A stretch of DNA of 60,874 nt, filler included, from Nitrospinae bacterium RIFCSPLOWO2_12_FULL_45_22 (GCA_001803565.1; 5 parts of 5 records of this genome joined end to end with filler, not necessarily neighbours in it); one strand, 5' to 3'; positions 28,327-37,107 are shown, numbered from the whole stretch's first letter. Program-made: numbers and translations. The notes: generated from the letters alone by a model not told the origin.

Positions 28327-28695
28327 TCAGGGATTAAGCAAAAGTTTCTGTCGGCTTTGGTCATTTGAGCCCTTTGCAAGCCCTTTATGAGTCGTTTGAC
28401 GCCTTTCTGGCCCCTTTCTGACCCCTTTGGCTCCTCTTGGCACATATTCTGTTCCCTTACCAGTGATACCAATTTGCTCAATAATGTTTCTTTTAACCAA
28501 ATCTTCTAAATCTCTTGTAGCGGTTCTCTTTGAAACCATATTAAGTTCCTGATATTTTTTATTCGTAATCTTCTCTTTCTCCTTCACATACATCACCGCC
28601 TTTATCTGCCGCTCGCTCAGTCCCATCTTTGTCAGATTTTCCTCTGTATAAATATCTTTGTAGAAATAGACCGAAAAGCCGCCCATCTCTTCCAT
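28327..28695 (-). pseudogene. C-terminal HTH fragment of an ATP-binding (RecG-C/Schlafen-type) transcriptional regulator
   Basis: EEMGGFSVYFYKDIYTEENL.KMGLSERQIKAVMYVKE..KITNK.YQEL...SKRTATRDL resembles the C-terminus of that family; its ATG is supplied by a heptamer arm. Confidence 0.6.
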
Positions 28696-28809
28696 TGCGG
28701 AATTCGGAGTGCGGATTGATGATGTCGGAATGCGGAATTCGGATTGTGAAATTATTTGCCTTTTTTATCATTTCCTGTATTCCCCATTCCGAATTCTGCA
28801 TTCCCCATC
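28695..28809 (-). repeat. Heptamer palindrome at the 3' end of the four-helix-bundle gene
   Basis: GATGGGG AATGCAG AATTCGG AATGGGG...TTCACAA TCCGAAT TCCGCAT TCCGACA TCATCAA TCCGCAC TCCGAAT TCCGCAA. Confidence 0.88.
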
Positions 28810-29184
28810 TTTTCGATTTCTCCGAGCCGTTTTTATGGATGTAACCACAATTGCAATAATTTCGTTAGCTTCATTCATTAGGCGTTGAATCTGATTTTGC
28901 TCTACCAATCTTGCATCAAGTAGTAATTCTAACCAGTAAAGGGTTTCATCGGCTTCCTCTTCAACAATACCCATTTTAGAAATAAAATCAGCCCTTGATC
29001 TCGCTCTACAAGCTGCACGATAATTAGCTCCAATAGATGTTCCCGACCTCAGGATCTGTCTACCCAATACATCTGCAATACGATTTTTAGGGAGATTTTC
29101 TACCAATCTAATTATTTCCAAAGCAAACTTCCTTGTTCTTTCTTTCAAATCTTCATTCCGCATTCCCAAATCCGCATTCCGCAT
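28768..29184 (-). CDS. Four-helix-bundle protein (23S rRNA intervening-sequence protein family, TIGR02436-like, Avd-related fold)
   Basis: LKERTRKFALEII, QILRSGTSIGANYRAACRARSRADFISKMGIVEEEADETLYWLELL. Confidence 0.93.
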   Translation of the reverse strand: MRNADLGMRNEDLKERTRKFALEIIRLVENLPKNRIADVLGRQILRSGTSIGANYRAACRARSRADFISKMGIVEEEADETLYWLELLLDARLVEQNQIQRLMNEANEIIAIVVTSIKTARRNRKDGECRIRNGEYRK

Positions 29185-29185
29185 T
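29151..29185 (-). repeat. Solo heptamer arm encoding the start of the four-helix-bundle gene
   Basis: AATGCGG AATGCGG ATTTGGG AATGCGG AATGAAG, translated as MRNADLGMRNE. Confidence 0.85.
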
Positions 29186-30228
29186 TATATCAGTCCTGCC
29201 ATTGCAAAGCTAAAATAATCCTCTTGGTTTTTACCAATGATTATGTGGTCTAAAACCTTTATACCGAACAGGTTACAGGCATCTATAATGGCGTTTGTTA
29301 TTTTGCTATCTTCCGCCGATGGCTCGGTATCTCCTGAGGGATGATTATGAACTAAAATAATTGACGAGGCAGACCGCAATGTGGCCTCTTTTATAATCTC
29401 TTTCGGATCAACTATACTTGCGTTAATGCTGCCTTTACTGATCTCTACATTGTGAAGGGGTTTGTTCTTTATATCCAGGAGGATCACACTAAAAAACTCT
29501 TTCTTGGCATCCCTCAGGTATGGGCCGTAATATTCCGCTACATAGGCAATCACATCATCAGCCTTTTTTATCCTCTTCTTTTTTTCCGCTTCTTCTTTAA
29601 AAAATCTTTTACCCAGCTCCAGTGCCACTTTTATTTGAACCGCCTTGGCATACCCAATACCATCCATCTTACAAATTTCAGAGATAGGTGCGGAATCTAG
29701 CTCTCTTAATGTCCCAAACCGATTCAGTAACCTTTTGGCTAACTCTTCTGCATTAATCCCTTCTTTGCCGGTTCGCAGGATTATGGCCAGGAGTTTGGAT
29801 AATGGAAGAGAGTCTGGCCCATATTTTATCGCCATCTCCCTGGGCCTTTCTTCTTTTATCCACTCCCTGATCGGGCGATTTTCTCTATGGGCCGCTACCT
29901 GCTCCCTCACTGCTTTCCTTATCCTGTCGCAATCATCAGCGGTTTTGATGTTTAACTGGGCAATGATTTCCTGAGATCTGGCGTCAGTTAATAGCCCTTT
30001 CCTGGAGCATCTGAGAAAAATCTTGCCCCTTTTGCTACATAAAGGATAAATGGCATTCGCCACCAGGAAATCCATTATCTCCATTGTGGAATGCGGATTG
30101 TGAATTGCGGAATCATTCGAGTGCGGATTGATGATTTCGGATTGCTGATTAGAATATTGATGGCCTCTTTGCTCATTTTTCATTCTTCTATTCCCCATTC
30201 TAAAATCCGCATTCCTCATTGTGTTCAT
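29185..30228 (-). CDS. radC: RadC/JAB-domain protein with N-terminal extension (alternative start 30084)
   Basis: ERPRE, LLAIILRTG, GIGYAKA (HhH), VHNHPSGDTEPSAED, LDHIIIG. Confidence 0.92.
   Translation of the reverse strand: MNTMRNADFRMGNRRMKNEQRGHQYSNQQSEIINPHSNDSAIHNPHSTMEIMDFLVANAIYPLCSKRGKIFLRCSRKGLLTDARSQEIIAQLNIKTADDCDRIRKAVREQVAAHRENRPIREWIKEERPREMAIKYGPDSLPLSKLLAIILRTGKEGINAEELAKRLLNRFGTLRELDSAPISEICKMDGIGYAKAVQIKVALELGKRFFKEEAEKKKRIKKADDVIAYVAEYYGPYLRDAKKEFFSVILLDIKNKPLHNVEISKGSINASIVDPKEIIKEATLRSASSIILVHNHPSGDTEPSAEDSKITNAIIDACNLFGIKVLDHIIIGKNQEDYFSFAMAGLI
30084..30220 (-). repeat. Heptamer palindrome at the hsdR/radC junction
   Basis: AATGAGG AATGCGG ATTTTAG AATGGGG...TCAGCAA TCCGAAA TCATCAA TCCGCAC...TCCGCAA TTCACAA TCCGCAT TCCACAA. 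Confidence 0.88.
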
Positions 30229-32624
30229 GCGGCGAATAGTCTCCTCTTGGCCTCATTAATAATCTCGTGAGGTTCTCCAAGTATTTTTAAGGCCCCAAGA
30301 CCGCCTGCCTTAGCCACATCCGGGGCATTGAATATATAAGGATTTTCCAGCTCTTCGGTGCCGCCCCTTTCAAACTGCCTGGCAAGGGCGATCAAGGTTT
30401 CTGCGGCCCTCGGAGGCAAACTCTTAAACCACTCACTATGTTTGTATCGTAATGCCGAAACACGCTCAGCACGGTCTTTGGGAACGATTCCATATCCAAT
30501 CACCGCAAGGACATCGTAAAGGTCGCAATCTTTGCGGTTTAAAAGCTCCCGGAGCAATCGCAAGCCTTGCCCATCACCGGGCAACACTTCAATAAGTGCT
30601 TTTCGCCTCTGTGGGTCAATCCAGCAGTTTCTGAAGTCTTCCAGGGTCTTGACCTCTTCCAGCAAGCGAGCCGCTATGATCTGTTGATATTCCTCGAGGG
30701 TGATCATCCCCAGTTTACCCTTTACCTGGGTCGCTATATAAGTCCCAGCCGGATTTATATGAACATCAAACCCTTCTACCCGGATTATTTTTTCTTTTTC
30801 TACCTCCTCAGGTTCTTTAGACTCCCGTGTGGGCGAAGGGCGGCACTCAAAACCTTTTCCTAAGAGACGGGTGGCATTGGTGTAATCATAGACCCGAAAC
30901 ATCAATTTATTAGTCGGCAAGTGAATTCTTGAACCCCTTCCCATCATCTGCTGGAAAGAAATAGGAGAGCGGACATATTTGAAAAAGACGACATTGCGCA
31001 AAATGGGGACATCAACCCCTGTGGTTATTAAATCAACGGTAGTGGCGATAAAATGGCTGCGCTCGGAGCCGCGCAAATCGGCAATATACTGGGTCCCTCT
31101 TACCGCGGCAGTGCATTTGAAGGCATAAGGCTCGGCGCGAATGTGGAATTTGGATTGCGGACTGCGGAATTCAGAATTTGTTTTCTTATTCCACATTCCC
31201 AGTTCCGCATTCTGCATTCGTTTCCACCATTGGGCATAGAGATTGTTCATTTCGGCGGCAACTGCATCGGCATGGGTATCCCGGGTGCAAAAGATGACGG
31301 TCTTCTGGTGGGGACCGCCGGTTTGAAGAAACATTTCGAAGAGGTCCTGGCACATAGCTTTTACCCTGTCAGGCAACTGAATTATATCTTCAAAGGACGG
31401 CGCCTCGTAAGTCTCACGAGTCTCATCGGGAGTGAGTGCTTGCCCCGTGGTGGCGTCCCGTGCCCCCAGTACCTCAATATCCTCCCGGGTTACCCCTTTT
31501 ATATCGAGATTCACCTCTTGTCTGATGATTTCGCACGCCGGAAGATAACCGTCTTCAATCCCCTGCGCCATGTCGTATTCATAGACTGGTTCACCAAAGT
31601 ATTTGAGATTATCGGCAGTTATTTCTTCATCCTCCCCACGTTCATCCTGGGTCCCTCCTTCAAAAGAACGTGGGGTTGCGGTGAGCCCGATTTGAACCGC
31701 ATCTGGGTTTTGGCGCAGCACGAGACTCCATTTCCCCCACGCGCTTCTATGACATTCATCAATAATGATATGGCTGAAATAATTTTGGGGATAATTCTCG
31801 AGGAAAAACCTGGCATCTTCCGTCTCTCCTGCCACATTAAGTGTCTGGTAGGTTGCAATCAAGATGCGGGCATTCTTCTGAGGCTTTGCTGTTGTTACTT
31901 CGGCTGCATCAGCCCCGAAGACATTCTGGAAAGCACCCAGGGCCTGGGTACGCAATTCATCCCGGTCGCAGATAAATAAGGCACGGCGAAGCTGTCCAGC
32001 GTCCGCAATCTTCTTCAAGAGGTGCACCGCAATAAAAGTTTTTCCCGATCCGGTTGCCAGAAAGAGGAGTAATCTTTTTTGGCCCCTAACTATTTTCTCA
32101 AGCAAGGCCCGAATAGCAGCGTCCTGATAGTAGCGTCTGCTGGCCTCTCCACCTGGATATGGAACTAATAGCGGTTTGGCAGTTTCACTTTCCAGAGAAA
32201 CCCCGATGGATTTTTCGTAGCGCCGACGCAATTCAGAGGGAGAGGGGAATTCTCCTAAGGGACGAGGCTTAGAAGTTAGACCGGTAAGCTGGTTGTATTC
32301 CACGAATAGATGTCCATTAGAAGAATAAACAAAAGGAACATGGTTCAAACGGGCATATTTCTTTGCCTGTTCAAGACCTTTATCCGGAGGCTCATCGTTT
32401 CTCTTCGCCTCAATTAAGGCAATGGCTACCGGCTGGGTATTGATGTTTACCCGCACTCTCAAGAGATAATCTGTCCTACCCCACTCTTTTCGTTTTGGCC
32501 GGCCATCTATGATATCAATCCCGTGCTCGGTCTCTTCACGGCGGATAAGGTCTTCTGTCCAGCCCCGCTGGTGGAGGACAGGGTCAATGAGTTTTGCTTT
32601 AGTATCGGCCTCGCTTAATGACAT
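30225..32624 (-). CDS. hsdR: Type I restriction enzyme R subunit (EcoEI-like) with in-frame repeat insertion
   Basis: SEADTKAKLID, TDY...IEAK nuclease motif, RYYQDAAI, ATGSGKT, IIDECHRS, GLTATP, TTGVDVP, QMMGRGSR. Confidence 0.93.
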   Translation of the reverse strand: MSLSEADTKAKLIDPVLHQRGWTEDLIRREETEHGIDIIDGRPKRKEWGRTDYLLRVRVNINTQPVAIALIEAKRNDEPPDKGLEQAKKYARLNHVPFVYSSNGHLFVEYNQLTGLTSKPRPLGEFPSPSELRRRYEKSIGVSLESETAKPLLVPYPGGEASRRYYQDAAIRALLEKIVRGQKRLLLFLATGSGKTFIAVHLLKKIADAGQLRRALFICDRDELRTQALGAFQNVFGADAAEVTTAKPQKNARILIATYQTLNVAGETEDARFFLENYPQNYFSHIIIDECHRSAWGKWSLVLRQNPDAVQIGLTATPRSFEGGTQDERGEDEEITADNLKYFGEPVYEYDMAQGIEDGYLPACEIIRQEVNLDIKGVTREDIEVLGARDATTGQALTPDETRETYEAPSFEDIIQLPDRVKAMCQDLFEMFLQTGGPHQKTVIFCTRDTHADAVAAEMNNLYAQWWKRMQNAELGMWNKKTNSEFRSPQSKFHIRAEPYAFKCTAAVRGTQYIADLRGSERSHFIATTVDLITTGVDVPILRNVVFFKYVRSPISFQQMMGRGSRIHLPTNKLMFRVYDYTNATRLLGKGFECRPSPTRESKEPEEVEKEKIIRVEGFDVHINPAGTYIATQVKGKLGMITLEEYQQIIAARLLEEVKTLEDFRNCWIDPQRRKALIEVLPGDGQGLRLLRELLNRKDCDLYDVLAVIGYGIVPKDRAERVSALRYKHSEWFKSLPPRAAETLIALARQFERGGTEELENPYIFNAPDVAKAGGLGALKILGEPHEIINEAKRRLFAA
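31141..31218 (-). repeat. Heptamer palindrome inside hsdR
   Basis: AATGCAG AATGCGG AACTGGG AATGTGG AAT...TCTGAAT TCCGCAG TCCGCAA TCCAAAT TCCACAT, translated as RMQNAELGMWNKKTNSEFRSPQSKFHI. Confidence 0.88.
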
Positions 32625-33017
32625 ATCTGAACCCCTTATATCCCTTTCTTCTCTTTTCTTATTCTAGCTTAAGTAATCATTGTGGGTCAACAATTTCCTA
32701 TGGCTTTGCGGTTCCTCCGCTATAATAAATAATTGTCCTCATTTTCGATAAATACCGATGGGGAAAAGGTCAGGCGTTGATTTTTAAGCTCTTCATGGGT
32801 AGTCGTTCTGGGGGGATTTACCGTCGAGACACAGATGCGAGGAGGATAGAAAGTCTAACGAGCAAATCGCTTTTGCTTGCGCCTTTTCGGCAAGGGGAGT
32901 AGTTCAACCCTCTTTCCAAGAGAGCGTCGGCGTGGGTCTAGGAATGCCTCTTCCATCTCCCAGTCATGGATACCATGTCTGAACAAGTTTTTATTAATAG
33001 GGTATGGCTATTTTCTG

Positions 33018-33195
33018 TCATTTCCTGGCAAGAAAGACTACCAGGAGATTTAACCCTAGTCTTAATAATGAGGAAAAAATGTTCCGCTCCACTTCATGCA
33101 ATGCATGCTGCTGAGCATCTCCCTGCACGTATGCTAAAATATCCTGGAAAGATTTTTCTGCCTCTGCTATACTTCGATTCAACTTTAACAAGGTT
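33018..33195 (-). pseudogene. Frameshifted N-terminal remnant of an ISKra4-like transposase
   Basis: Own translation FQDILAYVQGDAQQHALHEVERNIF / LLRLGLNLLVVFLARK* resembles ISKra4 N-termini. Confidence 0.45.
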
Positions 33196-33345
33196 AATCC
33201 TCTTTTTGGCTTAATATGGAAACATTTAATAATGGTTAATATGTTTTTTACACATTATGCCTTAAGGAGGACCTTGTATCACTAATAAGTTAAAATTATA
33301 TTAAATTTATTCGTTTTTTTATTGACCTAAAATAGCCACAACCAA

Positions 33346-33903
33346 ATGATTAGTAAGTTAAGCTACTTCAAAGGATCCTTTCTGGTAACATTATTAGGAC
33401 TTTCTGCAGCATTTATGCTGGGTGGTCCCAATGCCATAATTATTGCGTCAGTCTTAAGTATTTTAGAAGTATCACTCTCATTTGACAATGCTGTTGTCAA
33501 TGCGACAGTTTTAAGAACTATGGAGGTAAAATGGCGCCACAGATTTATTACCTGGGGCATATTAATTGCGGTCTTTGGCATGAGGATAGTATTCCCTTTA
33601 TTGATCGTAGGCATTGTTGCTCACTTGGGACCAGTCGAAACAATAATTATGGCCATTAAGAATCCAGGAGATTATGAAAGATATCTAACTTCAGCCCACT
33701 TATCAGTCGCAGGGTTCGGGGGGGCCTTCTTGATGATGGTATTCCTGAAATTTTTCTTCAACGAGGATAAGGATATTCACTGGATAAAATTTATTGAGAA
33801 ACCTCTTACCAGGTTCGGGAAGATAGAGGCATTTGAAATTCTGCTTACCATAATGGCTATCTATGTAATTACTACTTATCTCCCAGAGCAGGGGAAATTT
33901 GAA
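33346..33903 (+). CDS. DUF475 (TerC/YkoY-like) membrane protein, N-terminal part cut by contig gap
   Basis: LEVSLSFDNAVVNATVL, WGILIAVFGMRIVFP, AGFGGAFLMMVFL. Confidence 0.85.
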
Positions 33904-34003
33904 NNNNNNNNNNNNNNNNNNNNNNNNNNNNNNNNNNNNNNNNNNNNTTAATTAATTAANNNNNNNNNNNNNNNNNNNNNNNNNNNNNNNNNNNNNNNNN
34001 NNN

Positions 34004-34161
34004 TAGGGATTATAGCGGCTTATGATACCAAACTTGACGACTTTTTTGTGGGAGTTAGGAGGATTAGCCGGTTCAGACCTGACTGGCGGAGAGATAAGGG
34101 AAAGGATTAAAAGGATTAATGGGCTGATAATGGCCTTTTTGTTCTTACAGCATCCCCACAT
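34004..34161 (-). CDS. Probable phosphate/phosphonate-type substrate-binding protein, N-terminus only
   Basis: Signal peptide then VVKFGIISRYNP; truncated by the gap. Confidence 0.45.
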
Positions 34162-34687
34162 TCCTCAGCACCTCTGCCATACGGGAATCAGCCTTAGCAA
34201 ACTCTTTTAAGGCCCGTTCTAGCTTGTCTTCTTTCACTTCTAACTCGCGGCTCTTAGCAATGGCGGGCTGGAGGGCGGTCTTCCGGTCCCAGATAGCAAA
34301 CCCTATAGTAATCGCTACTATGGCAGCAAAGGCCGCTACTATCCCGATAAATATGTTCACTAATCGGTCAATCTGGTGCTCTATATTCCTCTGCCCTTCC
34401 TCAATCCGCTTAATATCAGCCTTTAGGCCTTTAATATCCCCCTTTAACTCTTGCCTTAAGCTATTAATTTCTCCCTTTAACTCTTGCCTTACAGCATTAA
34501 TTTCTCCTTTTAACTCCTCCCTTACAGCTTTTATCTCACCTCTCAGTTCTTTTATATCCCCTTTTAACTCCCCAAGTTTTTCTATTATCTCTTTGTCAGA
34601 GATACTGGGCGCTACTTCTACGGCCCATGATGGGCAAGCTATGGCCAGGATAAAGATAACTAAGACTACCCCCCTCCTCCTTTTCAT
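34145..34687 (-). CDS. Coiled-coil membrane protein with 11-aa tandem repeats
   Basis: Signal peptide, (ELKGEINAVRQ)-type repeats from 33-bp DNA repeats at about 34431-34570, C-terminal TM ending FAIWDRKT. Confidence 0.75.
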   Translation of the reverse strand: MKRRRGVVLVIFILAIACPSWAVEVAPSISDKEIIEKLGELKGDIKELRGEIKAVREELKGEINAVRQELKGEINSLRQELKGDIKGLKADIKRIEEGQRNIEHQIDRLVNIFIGIVAAFAAIVAITIGFAIWDRKTALQPAIAKSRELEVKEDKLERALKEFAKADSRMAEVLRNVGML

Positions 34688-34721
34688 CTGATGTATTCCT
34701 CCTCTATTAATAAAATTCGGG

Positions 34722-35405
34722 TCAAAGGGCCTGAAGACCCAAGACGTTCAATAGGTGACTGATATCCGGGATAATCGCCTCCGGGCCTTCTATGGTAAGG
34801 TTGTCATAATTGCCCGTACCGGTCAATACTGCTATGGTTTTTACCCCAGCGGCTTTACCGGCCTTAATATCAATAGGTGAATCGCCGACATAAACCGCAC
34901 CCTCGGCAGGACAACCCAGTCTGTTCAAGCACTCCAGGATAATATCTGGTGCTGGTTTTAAGCGGCTTACCTCTTCTTTGGTAACGGTTGCTTCTAATAG
35001 CGGTAATAGGCCCCGCTCTACTAGATATTTCAGATATTTAGTGTCGCCAGAAGTAGCTATCCCGCGCAAGAACTTTTTCTCTTTTAACTTCTCCAGGGTT
35101 TTCCAGGTATCCGGAAAGGGTTTTAACTGTTCTTGTTGGAATCGTTGCCACAGGCCGAAACCGATCTCTCTCCCTTTCTGGAGCAAGGAATTTCTATTCT
35201 CTATGTTTTGTGGGATCATGGATTCCATAATCGAGAGGCCATTGCCCAGCATGTCGTTAGTAATTTCCCGGGAAGGGGGCTGGAGGCCAATCCCATTAAA
35301 AATATCCACTACCAGGCCGTAAAAGGGGGTAATGGAATCTATTAATGTGCCATCTAAGTCAAAAATTACGGCCTGGATATCAGTCAATCTGGTGGATAAA
35401 CTCAC
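34722..35405 (-). CDS. HAD-family hydrolase (phosphoglycolate phosphatase-like)
   Basis: FDLDGTLIDS, KPAPD, YVGDSPIDIKAG. Confidence 0.92.
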   Translation of the reverse strand: MSLSTRLTDIQAVIFDLDGTLIDSITPFYGLVVDIFNGIGLQPPSREITNDMLGNGLSIMESMIPQNIENRNSLLQKGREIGFGLWQRFQQEQLKPFPDTWKTLEKLKEKKFLRGIATSGDTKYLKYLVERGLLPLLEATVTKEEVSRLKPAPDIILECLNRLGCPAEGAVYVGDSPIDIKAGKAAGVKTIAVLTGTGNYDNLTIEGPEAIIPDISHLLNVLGLQAL

Positions 35406-35835
35406 AATAGCTATCTCCCTTCGAGAGCAGTGCTTCCAGCTTCTCTAAGCGATAAGTAGGGTTAAGGGTTTGAAAAGTAGCCCGCTCTAATTCATATGCC
35501 AGGTGGGTACAGAATTCCGGGCAGGACTTCAAGAGTTCAGAAAAGGGGCATTCCCTTTCTCGTTTAATCGCCCTTTTGGGGCCTCTTTCTACCCACTCTC
35601 CCTTCACGCCAGCCAACTGGTCTTCCCAGTCCTGGATCTTAGCCAGGCTGCTCATATCATTAACATCAATATTGAGCTCTGTCTGGAGTAATGGTGCGCG
35701 CTTCTGGCCTATATAGGTCATAAGGGGTAGCATGACCTGCCAGGACTTATCACCAAAAATCCTTTTGCTATAGACAATGCTTCTTAGCCATGGCCCGGCA
35801 CCATAACGAAAGAACAACTTAATAAAGAAGAGCAT
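35380..35835 (-). CDS. Hypothetical protein, L-2-amino-thiazoline-4-carboxylate hydrolase/V4R-like
   Basis: ECPF...CPEFC...LSKGDSYCEF Cys pattern. Confidence 0.55.
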   Translation of the reverse strand: MLFFIKLFFRYGAGPWLRSIVYSKRIFGDKSWQVMLPLMTYIGQKRAPLLQTELNIDVNDMSSLAKIQDWEDQLAGVKGEWVERGPKRAIKRERECPFSELLKSCPEFCTHLAYELERATFQTLNPTYRLEKLEALLSKGDSYCEFIHQID

Positions 35836-35838
35836 ACT

Positions 35839-37107
35839 TTATCCCTCCCGCGTTAGCAAGGCATTTCCTGGGCGGTTATAAAATGCGGTAAGGGTCCAGG
35901 GCAAGAGCTTAATAGCTACCTCTTCCCCTTGCCGGATGATCTGACAATCCTCGGGTATGATCGCTAAACCGTTGGCTAGGACCATAGATTTCAGGATAGC
36001 TGACCCTTGATCGCCCGTGCTAGAGGCTACATAACGGTTATCTTCTCGCCAGACCTTTACCCGCACATAATGACGTCGGCCCGGTTTCTGCTTGAGGTCT
36101 TCTTTTAATATGGCCCGGATAGTAGGATTAAATAGATTGGAGTGGCCCATCATCTTTAATATAGCTGGCCGCACAAACTCTTCAAAGACCACCATAGCCG
36201 CTACCGGATTGCCTGGGATACCAAAATAGGGCTTATGCTGCTTGAGACCAAACACCAGGGGCTTGCCGGGTTTCATAGCTACTTGCCAAAACTTTATCTC
36301 CCCCCCGATCTCTTTAAATATCTCCTTTACCAGGTCATATTCCCCGACCGATACGCCACCAGTAGTCAAGACCATATCGGCCTCTTTAAATCCTTCTTCT
36401 ATCTTTTCTTTAATGCCTTCTCGGGTATCCCCAGCCGTGCCTAACAGATAAACCTGGGCACCTGATTGGGTTATTTGAGCCCCTAAGGAATAAGTATTAC
36501 TATTCCTAATCTTTCCGGGACTTAAAGCCTCGTCTAGCGCAATCAGCTCATCTCCAGTAGCTAATACGGCTACTAATGGAGAAGGAATTACTTTTACTTC
36601 TCTGTTGCCCAAAGAAGCCAGCATACCTATTTCTGGTGGCCATAGTACAGTGTTATTTTTTAAGACCAACTCTCCTTGCTTAACATCCTCGGCTGCTAAG
36701 CGGACATTCTCGCCTGGCTTTACTGGTTTAAACATCAGAACATCTGATGTCCCCACAATTTGAGTCTCTTCTACCGGTAATACCGCATTGGCCCCCTCAG
36801 GTATCGGGGCACCGGTCATGATCCGGGCCGTTTCTCGTTGGCCTATGCTTTTGGCAGGTGATTTTCCTGCGGGTAAGTCCTCGATAATCTTTAAACTTAT
36901 TGGATTTTCTCGAGATGCCCCTACTATGTCCTCAGCCCGAACCGCATATCCGTCCATGGCCGAATTATTCCACGGAGGAATATCTATAGGAGAATAGATA
37001 TCTTCTGCTAAAACCCGGCCCAGGACCTCTAAGATAAACACCTTTCTGGGGGATAAAACCTTAATATTTTCTAACACTATCCCGATGGCTTCTTCTACTC
37101 TGATCAT
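35839..37107 (-). CDS. moeA: Molybdopterin molybdotransferase
   Basis: SAMDGYAV, IMTGAPIP, TGDEL, TTGGVSVG, MKPGKP, PGNPV. Confidence 0.95.
   Translation of the reverse strand: MIRVEEAIGIVLENIKVLSPRKVFILEVLGRVLAEDIYSPIDIPPWNNSAMDGYAVRAEDIVGASRENPISLKIIEDLPAGKSPAKSIGQRETARIMTGAPIPEGANAVLPVEETQIVGTSDVLMFKPVKPGENVRLAAEDVKQGELVLKNNTVLWPPEIGMLASLGNREVKVIPSPLVAVLATGDELIALDEALSPGKIRNSNTYSLGAQITQSGAQVYLLGTAGDTREGIKEKIEEGFKEADMVLTTGGVSVGEYDLVKEIFKEIGGEIKFWQVAMKPGKPLVFGLKQHKPYFGIPGNPVAAMVVFEEFVRPAILKMMGHSNLFNPTIRAILKEDLKQKPGRRHYVRVKVWREDNRYVASSTGDQGSAILKSMVLANGLAIIPEDCQIIRQGEEVAIKLLPWTLTAFYNRPGNALLTREG

Noticed and set aside
28296-28801. ORFs 28296-28481, 28559-28801 and 28629-28844 as real genes
   Set aside because: Alternative frames through stop-free repeats; only the LIPEDW scar is informative.
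19985-31218. CRISPR or guide-RNA array reading of the repeats
   Set aside because: Units are 7-nt tandem arms forming palindromes with no repeat-spacer periodicity; no cas genes seen.
31053-31979. 308-aa plus-strand ORF
   Set aside because: Antisense shadow of hsdR with no recognisable motifs.
32860-32975. Minus-strand GIHDWEMEEAFLDPRR resembling a BrnT-like toxin remnant
   Set aside because: Too short, with no start or partner gene to support a call.
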